59,830 nt of DNA from a bacterium (GCA_030638825.1 DAOWDU010000053.1:1-59830); one strand, 5' to 3'; positions 35,848 to 45,093 are shown, numbered from the stretch's first letter. Numbers and translations: made by a program. Notes: generated by a model from the letters alone, not told the origin.

Positions 35848-36618
35848 TTATTCCGGCAAATTCTTTCCTTCCAATTCTTTCCACAAAGAATCAAACATAA
35901 ATTTAACTAACAAATAAATCGTTTCGTTTTTAATCAAAATTGAGGAGTACGATTTTTGGAGTGAAATAAGAGCAACTTTGTTATTATAAAGAAGCATTCC
36001 TGAATCAAAATTTTTAACTGTCGGCAAAAATCTTATCTCTCGAAAATCAGTATCTCCTTCACGATATAATTTTTTGTTATGAGCGTGATAATCAGTAATA
36101 ACATATGCTTTAGTGCCTCCAATCTGGCGGCGTTTTTTTGTTACATCAGAAAGAATGCGTGATAATCCAAGATGTTCATAGGTTTTTCCAGGAAATATGA
36201 CATGGAGATCTTTTCGGCTTTTTAATATATTTTCTATGATATTCCAAGTACCTTCTATTCCCTGAAAATGACGAATTTCTTCTTTTGATTCCGTAGTCTT
36301 ATTTTTCAAAATTCTTTCAAGCTGTGGCAAAATATCTTTTATCCTCTTTTCTTCTTTCTCAATTTCCTTTTTCTTTATTTGAGCAATCTTAAGTAATTTT
36401 TCTGGTTTTTCGGCAAAAAATATTTTCTTATTTTTTTGAATTATTTCGCCTACCAGTCCTATTTGCTTTAATCTTTCCAAAACTAAATAAACTGTCGTTC
36501 TTTTAACACCAGTTTCAATAGCAATATTCTGAGCAGAAATAGAGCCAAGCTTAAGAATAGCCAAGTATATTTTAATCTCCTTTTCTTTCAATCCAATTTG
36601 TTTTAAGCTTTTAAACAT
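35848..36618 (-). CDS. TrmB-family HTH transcriptional regulator
   Basis: GLKEKEIKIYLAILKLGSISAQNIAIETGVKRTTVYLVLERLKQIGLV. Confidence 0.75.
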   Translation of the reverse strand: MFKSLKQIGLKEKEIKIYLAILKLGSISAQNIAIETGVKRTTVYLVLERLKQIGLVGEIIQKNKKIFFAEKPEKLLKIAQIKKKEIEKEEKRIKDILPQLERILKNKTTESKEEIRHFQGIEGTWNIIENILKSRKDLHVIFPGKTYEHLGLSRILSDVTKKRRQIGGTKAYVITDYHAHNKKLYREGDTDFREIRFLPTVKNFDSGMLLYNNKVALISLQKSYSSILIKNETIYLLVKFMFDSLWKELEGKNLPE

Positions 36619-36815
36619 AGATTTATTTATAAACTGTTTTTAATTTATGACAACAAATATTATATTTATTTGTAGCTTATATAAGCTAAGTTATTCTATA
36701 TTGAATATAATTGTATTTTATCATATCCAAGTAGTATAGACAAGTTTTAAAATTATGATTAAACTTAATGTGCAGGTTGATCTTTAAGGTTTAATAACTT
36801 AGGAGGAAACAGAAA

Positions 36816-37223
36816 ATGAACGAAGAAGCTGAAAAGAACGAGGGTAAATGGATGAATGCAATAGTCAAAATTATTCAATATATGAATAGAAGCATATCAG
36901 ACACCGAACCCGACGAAGATGCTATTAGGGATTTTCTAAGCGAAATTAAAAATGGAAATCCAATGCAGGCATTTCTAAAAATGCCTCCGATAATTTGGAT
37001 GACATGTGAAACTTACGATTTGCAAGAAGAATTTTCAAATCTTTTTATTGAAGCAATAAAGAATGATGAAAATTTTGAAAAAGCTATTGATTTTGCAGTT
37101 GAATCAGTGAAAAACGCTATACTCAATTCAGATGATGAGGATTTTAGCGATCAATCAAATGGAGAATTTTTATTAGAATGCTTAAAACGGGTGGCGCTTC
37201 AATCTTTGCAAAACAAGAGTTGA
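36816..37223 (+). CDS. Hypothetical acidic protein
   Basis: Strong SD (taggaggaaacagaaaATG) and a dedicated terminator downstream. Confidence 0.6.
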   Translation: MNEEAEKNEGKWMNAIVKIIQYMNRSISDTEPDEDAIRDFLSEIKNGNPMQAFLKMPPIIWMTCETYDLQEEFSNLFIEAIKNDENFEKAIDFAVESVKNAILNSDDEDFSDQSNGEFLLECLKRVALQSLQNKS

Positions 37224-37255
37224 GTAAACTCACTCAATTATCCCAACAAACCCAC

Positions 37256-37304
37256 GGACGAAAAGTTGAACCAGCACTTGGTTCAACTTTCGTCCCTTTT
37301 TTTA
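37256..37304 (+). terminator. Intrinsic terminator
   Basis: GGACGAAAAGTTGAACC-loop-GGTTCAACTTTCGTCC followed by CTTTTTTT. Confidence 0.8.
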
Positions 37305-37332
37305 TCTCCAAAAACTTATCCACAAACTTAAT

Positions 37333-37360
37333 TTGACAGATTTTATTTCCCTGCTATACT
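37333..37360 (+). promoter_or_regulatory. Candidate promoter TTGACA-N16-TGcTATACT, preceded by a perfect DnaA box
   Basis: TTGACA 37333-37338; TATACT 37355-37360 with TG at 37352-37353; TTATCCACA at 37316-37324. Confidence 0.4.
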
Positions 37361-37366
37361 AATAAT

Positions 37367-37426
37367 AATATAACTCTCACGCCCGAAGTTTTTAGGCTTC
37401 ACCTTGGCAGAGGGTTTTATTTTTTG
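37367..37426 (+). ncRNA. Candidate short hairpin RNA
   Basis: CTCT-CAC-GCC...GGC-AGAG stem enclosing GAAG-loop-CTTC, then GGTTTTATTTTTT. There is no ORF. Confidence 0.3.
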
Positions 37427-37827
37427 GGAAAACAGGACATCAGATACTTTTTATCACCCCTTTTACTTTCTTTTATTTGAACAAAAAATACTTCTTTGTC
37501 TTTTGTTTTTCCAATAAAACGATGCAACATTTCATTTCTGTTGTCAGTATTTTCCATTGAAACTGGAGCAATTCTAGAATTTCTAATCAAATCAAGAGCG
37601 CAGGAAAAATATCTAAGCCTTCTTATTTTTTCTCTTAAATTCTTTTGCGCTAAATGAACCCAAAAATAATCAAAGAATATTTTCTGCTTATTGAAATAAG
37701 CCGAACGAATATAAGGTCTTCTTTTTGTTCTCTTCTTTATTTGATTTAAAATAAATGAAGCGTGTTTCTTAACTTCCGCATAATTAGTTTCTGGAAGTTT
37801 TTTTGTTTTTGTTTAATAAAAAATCAT
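37417..37827 (-). pseudogene. Conserved-looking ORF interrupted by an in-frame TAA at codon 5
   Basis: ATG 37827 gives MIFY*. The same frame then stays open for 131 codons (…RRPYIRSAYFNKQKIFFDYFWVHLAQKNL…HRFIGKTKDKEVFFVQIKESKRGDKKYLMSCFPKK*). It is absent from the ORF track because no start codon follows the stop. Confidence 0.5.
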
Positions 37828-37880
37828 AATCTAATATTTTTTAAAGATAGTTCAGTTCTCTTTTTTTATTTCCAAAAAAC

Positions 37881-38609
37881 CTATTCCTCCAAATTACTAA
37901 AAACCTCCCCCACATCCTCCTGCTCATTCAATGCTTCAAATAATTTTTCTATCCGCGCGTTTATTTTTTCGTCATCAATTTTGATAGTATTTTTTGCTTT
38001 CCACTCAAAGCCAGTGTCATTTATTTTTATCTTATTTTTTTCCAAATTTTCTTTTACTTTATATAAATCTTCAGGCTTAGTGTAAATTATCACGATATCG
38101 TCAATCAATTTGAAATCATCAGCTCCTGAATCTATAATTGCCATTTCTAAATCATCCTCACTTATCTCTAAATCCTTTTTATCAACTTCTAAATATCCAA
38201 AACGCTCAAACATCCATTTAACACTTCCGACCTCTCCCAGCCTTCCACTGCCCATAGAAAGAATATGTTTTATTTCCGCCACGGTTCTGTTCGTATTATC
38301 CGTCGTGCCTTCTATAATTATCGCAATCCCGCCGGGACCATAGGCTTCATACAAAACTTCTTCAATCGTCCCGCCTTCCAGTTCGCCTGTTCCTTTTTTA
38401 ATCGCTTTCTCAATATTATCCAAAGGCATATTCGCCTGCTTCGCTTTTTCAACTGCAAGCTTTAGAGCGGGATTCATACTTGCGTCCCCTCCTCCGTTTT
38501 TCGCCATCAGCGTCACCACTTTAGAAAGCTGTGAAAAAACTTTTCCTTTCTTCACATCAGCAACGCCCTTCTGTCTTTTGATTTTTGACCATTTTGAATG
38601 TCCAGACAT
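37881..38609 (-). CDS. YebC/PmpR-family DNA-binding regulator
   Basis: MSGHSKWSKIKRQKGVADVKKGKVFSQLSK. Confidence 0.95.
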   Translation of the reverse strand: MSGHSKWSKIKRQKGVADVKKGKVFSQLSKVVTLMAKNGGGDASMNPALKLAVEKAKQANMPLDNIEKAIKKGTGELEGGTIEEVLYEAYGPGGIAIIIEGTTDNTNRTVAEIKHILSMGSGRLGEVGSVKWMFERFGYLEVDKKDLEISEDDLEMAIIDSGADDFKLIDDIVIIYTKPEDLYKVKENLEKNKIKINDTGFEWKAKNTIKIDDEKINARIEKLFEALNEQEDVGEVFSNLEE

Positions 38610-38635
38610 AGTTTTTAAATTAAACGAGATTATTT

Positions 38636-38662
38636 GTCATTCCTGCGAAGGCAGGAATCCAG
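38636..38662. repeat. REP-like palindromic element (same family as 16329-16355)
   Basis: gtcattcctgcgaaggcaggaatccag; stem ATTCCTGC-GAAG-GCAGGAAT. Confidence 0.75.
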
Positions 38663-38685
38663 AATTAATCTCATTACACATTTTT

Positions 38686-39153
38686 TTATTTAAACTCAAC
38701 TTCATCTCCAACATTCAGTCCTATTTCTTCACTCATTCTCCCATTCACCTCCAAAACATACTTCGCCTTTTTATCAGAAGTAAAGGTCTCGCATTGTTCA
38801 ACTTTACACGGCTCAGCGTTTTCTTTTATAAAAACAACTTTTTTATTCTCATCAATCCAAATTATATCCAAAGGAATTAAAACATTCTTCATCCAAAAAT
38901 TATATTCATTTTCCTCCTCAAATAAAAACAGCATCCCGCTGTCTGGCTCTAAATATTTTCTATTCATCAACCCTGTTTCTTTTTTTTCTAAAGTATCCGC
39001 AATTTCAACATCAAAACATTTACTTTCAAAACATACTTCAGAAATATTATTATTTTCTAAACTATTATTTTGCGCATAAAACAAAAAAGAAACTGCTATC
39101 AAAAGTAGAGCTACGCCTAAAATAATATTCAACTTATTTATTATCTTTAACAT
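38686..39153 (-). CDS. DUF192 domain protein with N-terminal membrane anchor
   Basis: GLMNRKYLEPDSGMLFLF...FWMKNVLIPLDIIWID...YVLEVNG. Confidence 0.85.
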   Translation of the reverse strand: MLKIINKLNIILGVALLLIAVSFLFYAQNNSLENNNISEVCFESKCFDVEIADTLEKKETGLMNRKYLEPDSGMLFLFEEENEYNFWMKNVLIPLDIIWIDENKKVVFIKENAEPCKVEQCETFTSDKKAKYVLEVNGRMSEEIGLNVGDEVEFK

Positions 39154-39292
39154 TTGATTTTATAAATCCAAAATTCAAAGCTCAAATTATTCCAAATCAA
39201 TAACAAAAGACAAATGCTTAAATTTTTTAGATTTTATCATTTGAATTTGATTTGAGCAATTTGACATAATTTGGATTTTGGAATTTCTCAAC

Positions 39293-39862
39293 CTATCCTC
39301 TCATCTTAACCTCATACTCAATCTGCTCTATCTTCCTTAAATTATTTTTCGCCTGATCGTATTTAGTTCGCAGATAACCAGTCATATCAAACTTCACTAA
39401 TTCCGCCATAATCTCGTTGATGATTTTTTTTATTTTATCTACCTCATCAAAATTACCGGCCGTCGCTTGGTTAATCGCTTGACGAACTAATTCGCCAGTC
39501 AAATCACAAAGTCCGCCGAGATAACTGTCTATGTTTAAATTGATGCCTTTAATTTTATCAACTTTCTCTCCCGCCATCACAAAATAAAACATTTTCGCTT
39601 CCACATATTCCTCCGCTCCCGCCCGATACGATCCTTCTTTAGAAACTCGCTGATGCCCAAATTCTTTTTCCAACTTCTGCAACGATTTTTCTATCTCCGT
39701 TAATTCTGTTTTTGCTTTACTCAAATCGCCGCGATGCAAAGAGAAAATCGTTCTCTTAGAACTATGCAAAACAACATCAGACAATTTAATAATCTGCCTT
39801 CTCTCATTTTCTCCCTTGTCATAATCTTTTTTTAGTTTTTGAATGAATTTTTTATTAATCAT
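39293..39862 (-). CDS. Translin-family protein
   Basis: All-helical ~190 aa protein with the YLGGLCDLTGELVRQAI motif. Confidence 0.6.
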   Translation of the reverse strand: MINKKFIQKLKKDYDKGENERRQIIKLSDVVLHSSKRTIFSLHRGDLSKAKTELTEIEKSLQKLEKEFGHQRVSKEGSYRAGAEEYVEAKMFYFVMAGEKVDKIKGINLNIDSYLGGLCDLTGELVRQAINQATAGNFDEVDKIKKIINEIMAELVKFDMTGYLRTKYDQAKNNLRKIEQIEYEVKMRG

Positions 39863-39921
39863 AATTTTTAAAATTATTTTAGTTATCTTAGTGTAAGTAT
39901 TAGTTTTTTTAGTATTTCACT

Positions 39922-40218
39922 TCAATCCAAATCAAAATCCTTATCCAAAAGAATTTCTTCAATAACCCGCCATTCGCTATCCAATATTCTATCCTGCTTA
40001 TTGCGTTTTAGCTGTTCAATTAGAAATTTCACCTCTTTTTGAATTATCTGCGTTCCGACTTTTGATTCAAACTCTTTCATTTTTTCCTCAAACGCTTTCG
40101 CAATATCTCCTATTCTATCCTCTGAAATATTACGCAACTTCCCCTCGCTTCTCGCATTAAGCAAAGCGTCTTCAATCAGATTCACTTTAATACGCCCATT
40201 GATATACAACTTTGTCAT
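39922..40218 (-). CDS. Hypothetical protein
   Basis: ORF with start set at ATG 40218 (MTKLYING...). The longer track version begins with a low-complexity extension. Confidence 0.5.
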   Translation of the reverse strand: MTKLYINGRIKVNLIEDALLNARSEGKLRNISEDRIGDIAKAFEEKMKEFESKVGTQIIQKEVKFLIEQLKRNKQDRILDSEWRVIEEILLDKDFDLD

Positions 40219-40312
40219 AGTTTTTTTGTTAAAAATTAAATTAATTATATTTATCAAATTTTATAAAGTTTAGCAAGATTTTTGAATTTTATAAAGTTTC
40301 AATATTCAATAT

Positions 40313-42832
40313 TTAATTCTCACTCACTTTTTTCTTACTTCTATCTATCTTAATCCTAATCCAATCAACCAAAATCAAAATACTTACTACAATCATTATA
40401 CCATAAAAAACAAAATTGCCACTTTTATTTTCTCCTTCAAAATTCTTAACATTTTCAGAAACATTCAAAACCTCAGACGCTTTTGCTATTCCTGAAACTC
40501 TGCTTAACCTTAAATCTCCCTGAAATCTTGGTAAAATTCTATAGCCCAAAGAAGTCTGACTTACTTGTCCCGTAATTACCATCCAATCGCCAATCTTTAT
40601 TTCTGGTTTTTTAATTTCGGTCTGCGGTTTCAAATAAATCTTTACTTCTCCGCTTCCGTCATCAAGATAAAAAACATCGCTTTTGATTTGAGAAACTTTT
40701 CCTTCAATAGTTATTAAATATCCCTCAACTGTTTTGCCTACATTTCCTGTTAAAATAATTTCTGACTGAACTAAATTGTCATGGCTAATAATTTTTAAAT
40801 CTTCGTCTTTATCTAATAAAATTCTCCTTTCTCCTCCCACTTCCGAAATTCTGCCGATGATTTCAACTTCATCGCCGATATTTAAATTTGGAATTTTATT
40901 TTCGTAACTATAAACCTGAATTCCGCTTCCAGAAATATAAAAAATATTATCAGCAAATATTCCAGGAGGCGTAGAAACAATTCCGCTTGTTTTTATTTTT
41001 GAGTATTTTGTAAAATGTTTAATGTCTTCCAAGCTTACTTCTACATAATCTAAATCCTCTTCGTCAGAAGCTGAGCTTCCTATAGGAAGCTCAGCTTCTT
41101 CAGTATCATATTCTATTTTATTGCTTTTACCAATAAAATTCAAACTCCTATTTTCTTCTTCCGGAGTAATAACAGAACTCCAAAACCAGCTTTCATCATT
41201 AGCTAAATTATACGACAAACCTTCATCCGCTTTTTCGTATTTTATTTTGTCAACAATTGTTCCGTCCGGCCAGAGCAGATTAACTTCATCGCCAGTATTA
41301 TTAAGCGCTATTTTTGTCCGAGCGGCATCAAATATTTCATAACTTCTCGCTTTAATAATTTCATTTTCTATCACATAAGCCTTGCTTCCTTTTTCTAAAA
41401 TATCATCAAGCATCCAGCCGTTTAAATTCACTTCGCGATCAGAATCATTATATATTTCTATCCATTCATAATTGCCATTTCTATTATCCCTCCCCTCTGA
41501 ATTCGGATAAATTTCAGAAATTATTATTCTGTCTGAAAAGTCATAATCGTCACCACCATTGGCTCCATTGTCCCGCAGGGCTGTGGAGTCCGTGTGCTCG
41601 TCATCGTCATCGTCATTATTATTATCGTCAATTTCCCCTTTCACAAAGGGGGCTGGGGAGATTTTGTTATTATCAGATTCGGAATCTTTTATTTCATTCG
41701 TCTCCTCCGTCTTAATCACATTTTCTCTTCCCGGCGTCGGCTTCATCGTCCAAACCCAATTTTCATTTTCATCCAAAGCAAATGCCCGCTCTTTCAAAGC
41801 CGAATCGCTTATTTCAGTTTCATCTATAATATTATTTTTATAATCTCTCAAAACAATTCCATCACCTGAATTATTCAAAGTTATTTTTGTTTCATCGCTA
41901 TAAAATGCTTTATATTTTCCAGCGCCTATTTTAGTTCCCTCCGAAATTACAAACTTTTTCACACTGCCCATTTTATCTTCCAAGACACAGCCACCCAAAT
42001 CAACTTCTTCATCGCCATTATTATACAACTCTATAAACTCATCGCTTTTATCACTCCCTTCTGGATCTAACAAAAACTCCGTAATAATAATATCGTCAAC
42101 TCCCCCTTTCACAAAGGGGGCTGGGGGGATTTCGTCGTCGTCATTATCATTATCTACAGAAATATCTCCATCGTTGGCTCCAGTTTCCTGACTGGAGCCA
42201 TCTTGCACAGAATCATCGCCGTTATTATTTGAATTCTGCGGCTCCAGATTATCCCGCAAAACAAAATCATTTTTATTATTATTTGTATCTTGAATTATGT
42301 TATCTACAATTTTTCTTACCAAACTTTGATTATTTTTTAAATTTAAATCAATTGCCTCGCCCTCAAAATCACTCGCCTCTCCCCAACCAATTTTATCAAC
42401 CAAATTTCCATCGCCGTCGTATAATAAAACAGTATTATCATTTGCGAGAAAACTATTTGTCGTATACTCGTTATCTGCGGCAACATTTCCCTGGTAACAT
42501 TTTTCTATTTTACTTTCCCCGCAATTAGCTCGCGGCGCGATTAGAAAATAGCCGCGAGCAAAAATTATGCCTTCAATATTATTTAAAATATTACTCTCGC
42601 TCCCGCTTTTTGTCTTTTTCTTTACATCCCAATCTTCAAGATTTACATCTAAATTAGTCGGATTATACAATTCTATAAACTCATCATAAACCGTCTCCCC
42701 GCCAATTTGAATTTCACTGATAACAAGATGATTTGCATTACTGTTTGCCAAAATAAAATTATTGTATACAAAAAAACTCCCACAGAGAAGAAGAGTTAGC
42801 AAAAAATAAATAATTTTTTTATTTCTGTTCAT
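40313..42832 (-). CDS. Lamin-tail-domain (LTD) repeat surface protein with OB-fold-like modules and a C-terminal TM anchor
   Basis: Repeated LTD signatures (VISEIQIGGE..DEFIELYNPTN..VNLEDWDV; IITEFLLDPEGSD..EFIELYNNGD; IISEIYPNSEG..EWIEIYNDSD). N-terminal signal and C-terminal hydrophobic helix. Confidence 0.85.
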   Translation of the reverse strand: MNRNKKIIYFLLTLLLCGSFFVYNNFILANSNANHLVISEIQIGGETVYDEFIELYNPTNLDVNLEDWDVKKKTKSGSESNILNNIEGIIFARGYFLIAPRANCGESKIEKCYQGNVAADNEYTTNSFLANDNTVLLYDGDGNLVDKIGWGEASDFEGEAIDLNLKNNQSLVRKIVDNIIQDTNNNKNDFVLRDNLEPQNSNNNGDDSVQDGSSQETGANDGDISVDNDNDDDEIPPAPFVKGGVDDIIITEFLLDPEGSDKSDEFIELYNNGDEEVDLGGCVLEDKMGSVKKFVISEGTKIGAGKYKAFYSDETKITLNNSGDGIVLRDYKNNIIDETEISDSALKERAFALDENENWVWTMKPTPGRENVIKTEETNEIKDSESDNNKISPAPFVKGEIDDNNNDDDDDEHTDSTALRDNGANGGDDYDFSDRIIISEIYPNSEGRDNRNGNYEWIEIYNDSDREVNLNGWMLDDILEKGSKAYVIENEIIKARSYEIFDAARTKIALNNTGDEVNLLWPDGTIVDKIKYEKADEGLSYNLANDESWFWSSVITPEEENRSLNFIGKSNKIEYDTEEAELPIGSSASDEEDLDYVEVSLEDIKHFTKYSKIKTSGIVSTPPGIFADNIFYISGSGIQVYSYENKIPNLNIGDEVEIIGRISEVGGERRILLDKDEDLKIISHDNLVQSEIILTGNVGKTVEGYLITIEGKVSQIKSDVFYLDDGSGEVKIYLKPQTEIKKPEIKIGDWMVITGQVSQTSLGYRILPRFQGDLRLSRVSGIAKASEVLNVSENVKNFEGENKSGNFVFYGIMIVVSILILVDWIRIKIDRSKKKVSEN
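41634..41666. repeat. Palindromic REP-like element in frame inside the LTD gene, copy 1
   Basis: tCCCCTTT-CAC-AAAGGGGgctggggagatttt; encodes SPAPFVKGE. Confidence 0.8.
42101..42134. repeat. Palindromic REP-like element in frame inside the LTD gene, copy 2
   Basis: tCCCCCTTT-CAC-AAAGGGGGctggggggatttc; encodes PPAPFVKGG. Confidence 0.8.
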
Positions 42833-43269
42833 CGTATAATTTTTTTAAAAATTATCTCCTTGCTTTCTTTAACAAATTGCTCGGCTCTTACCAATAATTT
42901 TTCAGCATTTGTTTCGCTATAGTCGCCATAATAGTCGGCTGCCTCTCGCAAATTTTTAGCTTCCGTCAACGCTTCAATTAAAAAAATATTTAACTTCCCT
43001 TTTTCAGCATATAAGACTCTAACTGCTTCCCTTAAACAAAAATGGCTATGCTCCCGATAATTTTTATAGTAAAGCAACGCTCTGGCAGAATGGAACATAG
43101 AATAGTATGTTTGGATTATGCACCAACGATAGTTTTCTTCTTTAAAGCTTTTCTGAGCAATTCTTAAATCTTCCTCTGCCAATTTTATTTCTTTGGGGGC
43201 CAAAATTTTGCCTTGAGAAAATTCTTTTATTTTTCTTTTCTTTAAACACTCTTCAAAATGTTTGCTCAT
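42829..43269 (-). CDS. HEPN domain protein (toxin of a HEPN-MNT pair)
   Basis: YYSMFHSARALL, REHSH (Rx4-6H-type), EAKNLREAADY. Overlaps the MNT gene upstream and the LTD gene downstream. Confidence 0.8.
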   Translation of the reverse strand: MSKHFEECLKKRKIKEFSQGKILAPKEIKLAEEDLRIAQKSFKEENYRWCIIQTYYSMFHSARALLYYKNYREHSHFCLREAVRVLYAEKGKLNIFLIEALTEAKNLREAADYYGDYSETNAEKLLVRAEQFVKESKEIIFKKIIR

Positions 43270-43771
43270 ATAATTTAATTCCTTTTTTAACTTCTAAATA
43301 AAATTCCGGTTCCTTAATTTCCATCTCTCCCCACTCATTTGGCGTTTTGATAACAGGATTAATTAATAATTTTTTCCGTTCTTTTTTTATCACTTCTTTT
43401 ACTTCTTTGTAATTGTTAGTCAAAACAAACAAATCAAAATCGCTTTCCGCCGATTGCTCTCCCCTGCAAGCGGAACCAAATAAAATAATTTCTTTGCTGT
43501 ATTTTTTAATTTTTTCAACAATTCCTGAAAGTTTATTCACAGCCAAAGCCGTTCTCATTTGCCTAACCAGTGGATTGTGCAGATTGATTTGAAAAAATTT
43601 CATATTTCCCCTCTGCTCCATAAAAATCATCCTTTCTTTTTCTAAATCTTTCAAACTATTGTGAGCGCCACCCAAAGAGATTTTTGTTTTATCAGATATT
43701 TCTTTCGTAAAAAACTGCCGACTTGGATAGTCCGCCAAAAGATTAATTATTTTTTTATTATTTTCTGTCAT
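43253..43771 (-). CDS. wHTH + minimal nucleotidyltransferase (MNT) domain protein
   Basis: ILFGSACRGEQSAESDFDLFVL (GS-x-DxD) and an N-terminal wHTH-like segment. Confidence 0.8.
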   Translation of the reverse strand: MTENNKKIINLLADYPSRQFFTKEISDKTKISLGGAHNSLKDLEKERMIFMEQRGNMKFFQINLHNPLVRQMRTALAVNKLSGIVEKIKKYSKEIILFGSACRGEQSAESDFDLFVLTNNYKEVKEVIKKERKKLLINPVIKTPNEWGEMEIKEPEFYLEVKKGIKLYEQTF

Positions 43772-43813
43772 TTTAATTGTTATTTAAATTTGCTTATCTC
43801 CCAAAATAAAAAA

Positions 43814-43847
43814 TGAAAGCACTTTCATTTTTTTGAAAGTGCTTTCA
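43814..43847. promoter_or_regulatory. Two 14-bp palindromes (putative operator) upstream of the MNT-HEPN operon
   Basis: TGAAAGCACTTTCA (43814-43827) and TGAAAGTGCTTTCA (43834-43847), with centres 20 bp apart, 43-76 nt upstream of the start at 43771. Confidence 0.55.
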
Positions 43848-43890
43848 TTTTATAGTTTTTCGCTGGTGGTGTCAAATTTTAAATAAAATC

Positions 43891-45027
43891 CTACATCACA
43901 AAATCCAAATAATTTTCCTGATTGATTATTTTAAATTCCGCATTATCATAAGTCTCTTTCCAAAGTTTCGGCTCTTTCTTTTTCTTATCTCCCCACTTCA
44001 TTTCATAACCAAATAATTTTCCATCTCTCTCTTCCACCCAGTCAATTTCTTTTTGATCATAAGTCCGCCAGAAATAATTATTGGCATAAATCGGTTGATA
44101 AGCTTGTTTTTTCAACCGCTCCATTACTAAATAATTTTCCCAAAGCGCGTCGATGTCGTTTCTTAAATCAAGCGGGTTGAAATTATTTATCAAGGCGTTA
44201 CGCACTCCGTTATCATAAAAATAGTAGCGGGAAGTTTTGGCAATTTCCTTTCTTAAATTACGGCTAAATCCTCTAATATTAATAATGATAAAAGATTTTT
44301 CCATTAAGTCCAAATAGCGAGCAACTGTATCATTATGCAATTCCAAGGACTTAGCCAACTCCGAGAGAGAAACTTCTTTTCCTATTTGAAAAGCCAACAA
44401 AGCGAGTAGATCTCTAATTTTCTTAGAATTCTTAATCTGTTCTAATTCAAAAATATCCCGAAATAAATAGGAGTCAATCAACTCGCCTAAATATTTATTC
44501 TTCTCTTCATTTGAACGCAAGTTAAATAGTTCAGGATATCCGCCAAAAATCAAATGGGCTTCAAATATTTGCTGATAATAAGTTAGATCTTTAATGCCGA
44601 CTAATTCCTTAACTGAAACTGGATAAAGAAAAACTGTTTTTTTTCTGCCAGTTAATGGCTCCCCAACTTTTTGCGCCAATGCAAAAGAAGCAGACCCACT
44701 GGCAATAACTTTAATTTTAGGAAGATGATCAACAATCAGTTTTAAATTAAGTCCAATCCCTGGAATTTTGTGCGCTTCGTCAACAATAAGCAAACTGGCA
44801 TTTCCCACAAAACTTCTTAATTTTTCTATTGATTGAGAAGAAAGCTCTTTTTGAATTATTAAATCTTCTCCGCTCACAAATTTAATATTTTCCTCGTTTT
44901 CTAAATTTTTAACCAGTTCTTTTAATAATGTTGTTTTGCCAACTCTTCTCGGACCATAAAGCAAAATCACCTTGTTTTCCTGCAATTTTTGCTTGAGTAA
45001 ATTATATGCTTGTCTTTTTATAAACAT
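43891..45027 (-). CDS. AAA+ ATPase with DUF4143 domain
   Basis: GPRRVGKTTL, LLIVDEAH, YFWRTYDQKEIDWVEE. Confidence 0.9.
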   Translation of the reverse strand: MFIKRQAYNLLKQKLQENKVILLYGPRRVGKTTLLKELVKNLENEENIKFVSGEDLIIQKELSSQSIEKLRSFVGNASLLIVDEAHKIPGIGLNLKLIVDHLPKIKVIASGSASFALAQKVGEPLTGRKKTVFLYPVSVKELVGIKDLTYYQQIFEAHLIFGGYPELFNLRSNEEKNKYLGELIDSYLFRDIFELEQIKNSKKIRDLLALLAFQIGKEVSLSELAKSLELHNDTVARYLDLMEKSFIIINIRGFSRNLRKEIAKTSRYYFYDNGVRNALINNFNPLDLRNDIDALWENYLVMERLKKQAYQPIYANNYFWRTYDQKEIDWVEERDGKLFGYEMKWGDKKKKEPKLWKETYDNAEFKIINQENYLDFVM

Positions 45028-45063
45028 ATTGACTGGTTAAATTTATATTAATTCGTCTAATCA

Positions 45064-45093
45064 ACTGGTTGTATTATAACAAATACAACCAGT
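45064..45093. repeat. 11-bp inverted repeat upstream of the ATPase gene
   Basis: ACTGGTTGTAT-tataacaa-ATACAACCAGT. Confidence 0.7.

Noticed and set aside
35783-35884. 34-codon N-terminal extension of RuvC in the track ORF
   Set aside because: RuvC proteins begin at the M-I-I-L-G-I-D-P-G motif. The extension also overlaps the 3' end of the TrmB-like gene.
37316-37324. The perfect DnaA box as evidence for an origin at 37.3 kb
   Set aside because: It is a single isolated box with no cluster or AT-rich unwinding element. The strand switch and the dnaA locus point to ~52-55 kb instead.
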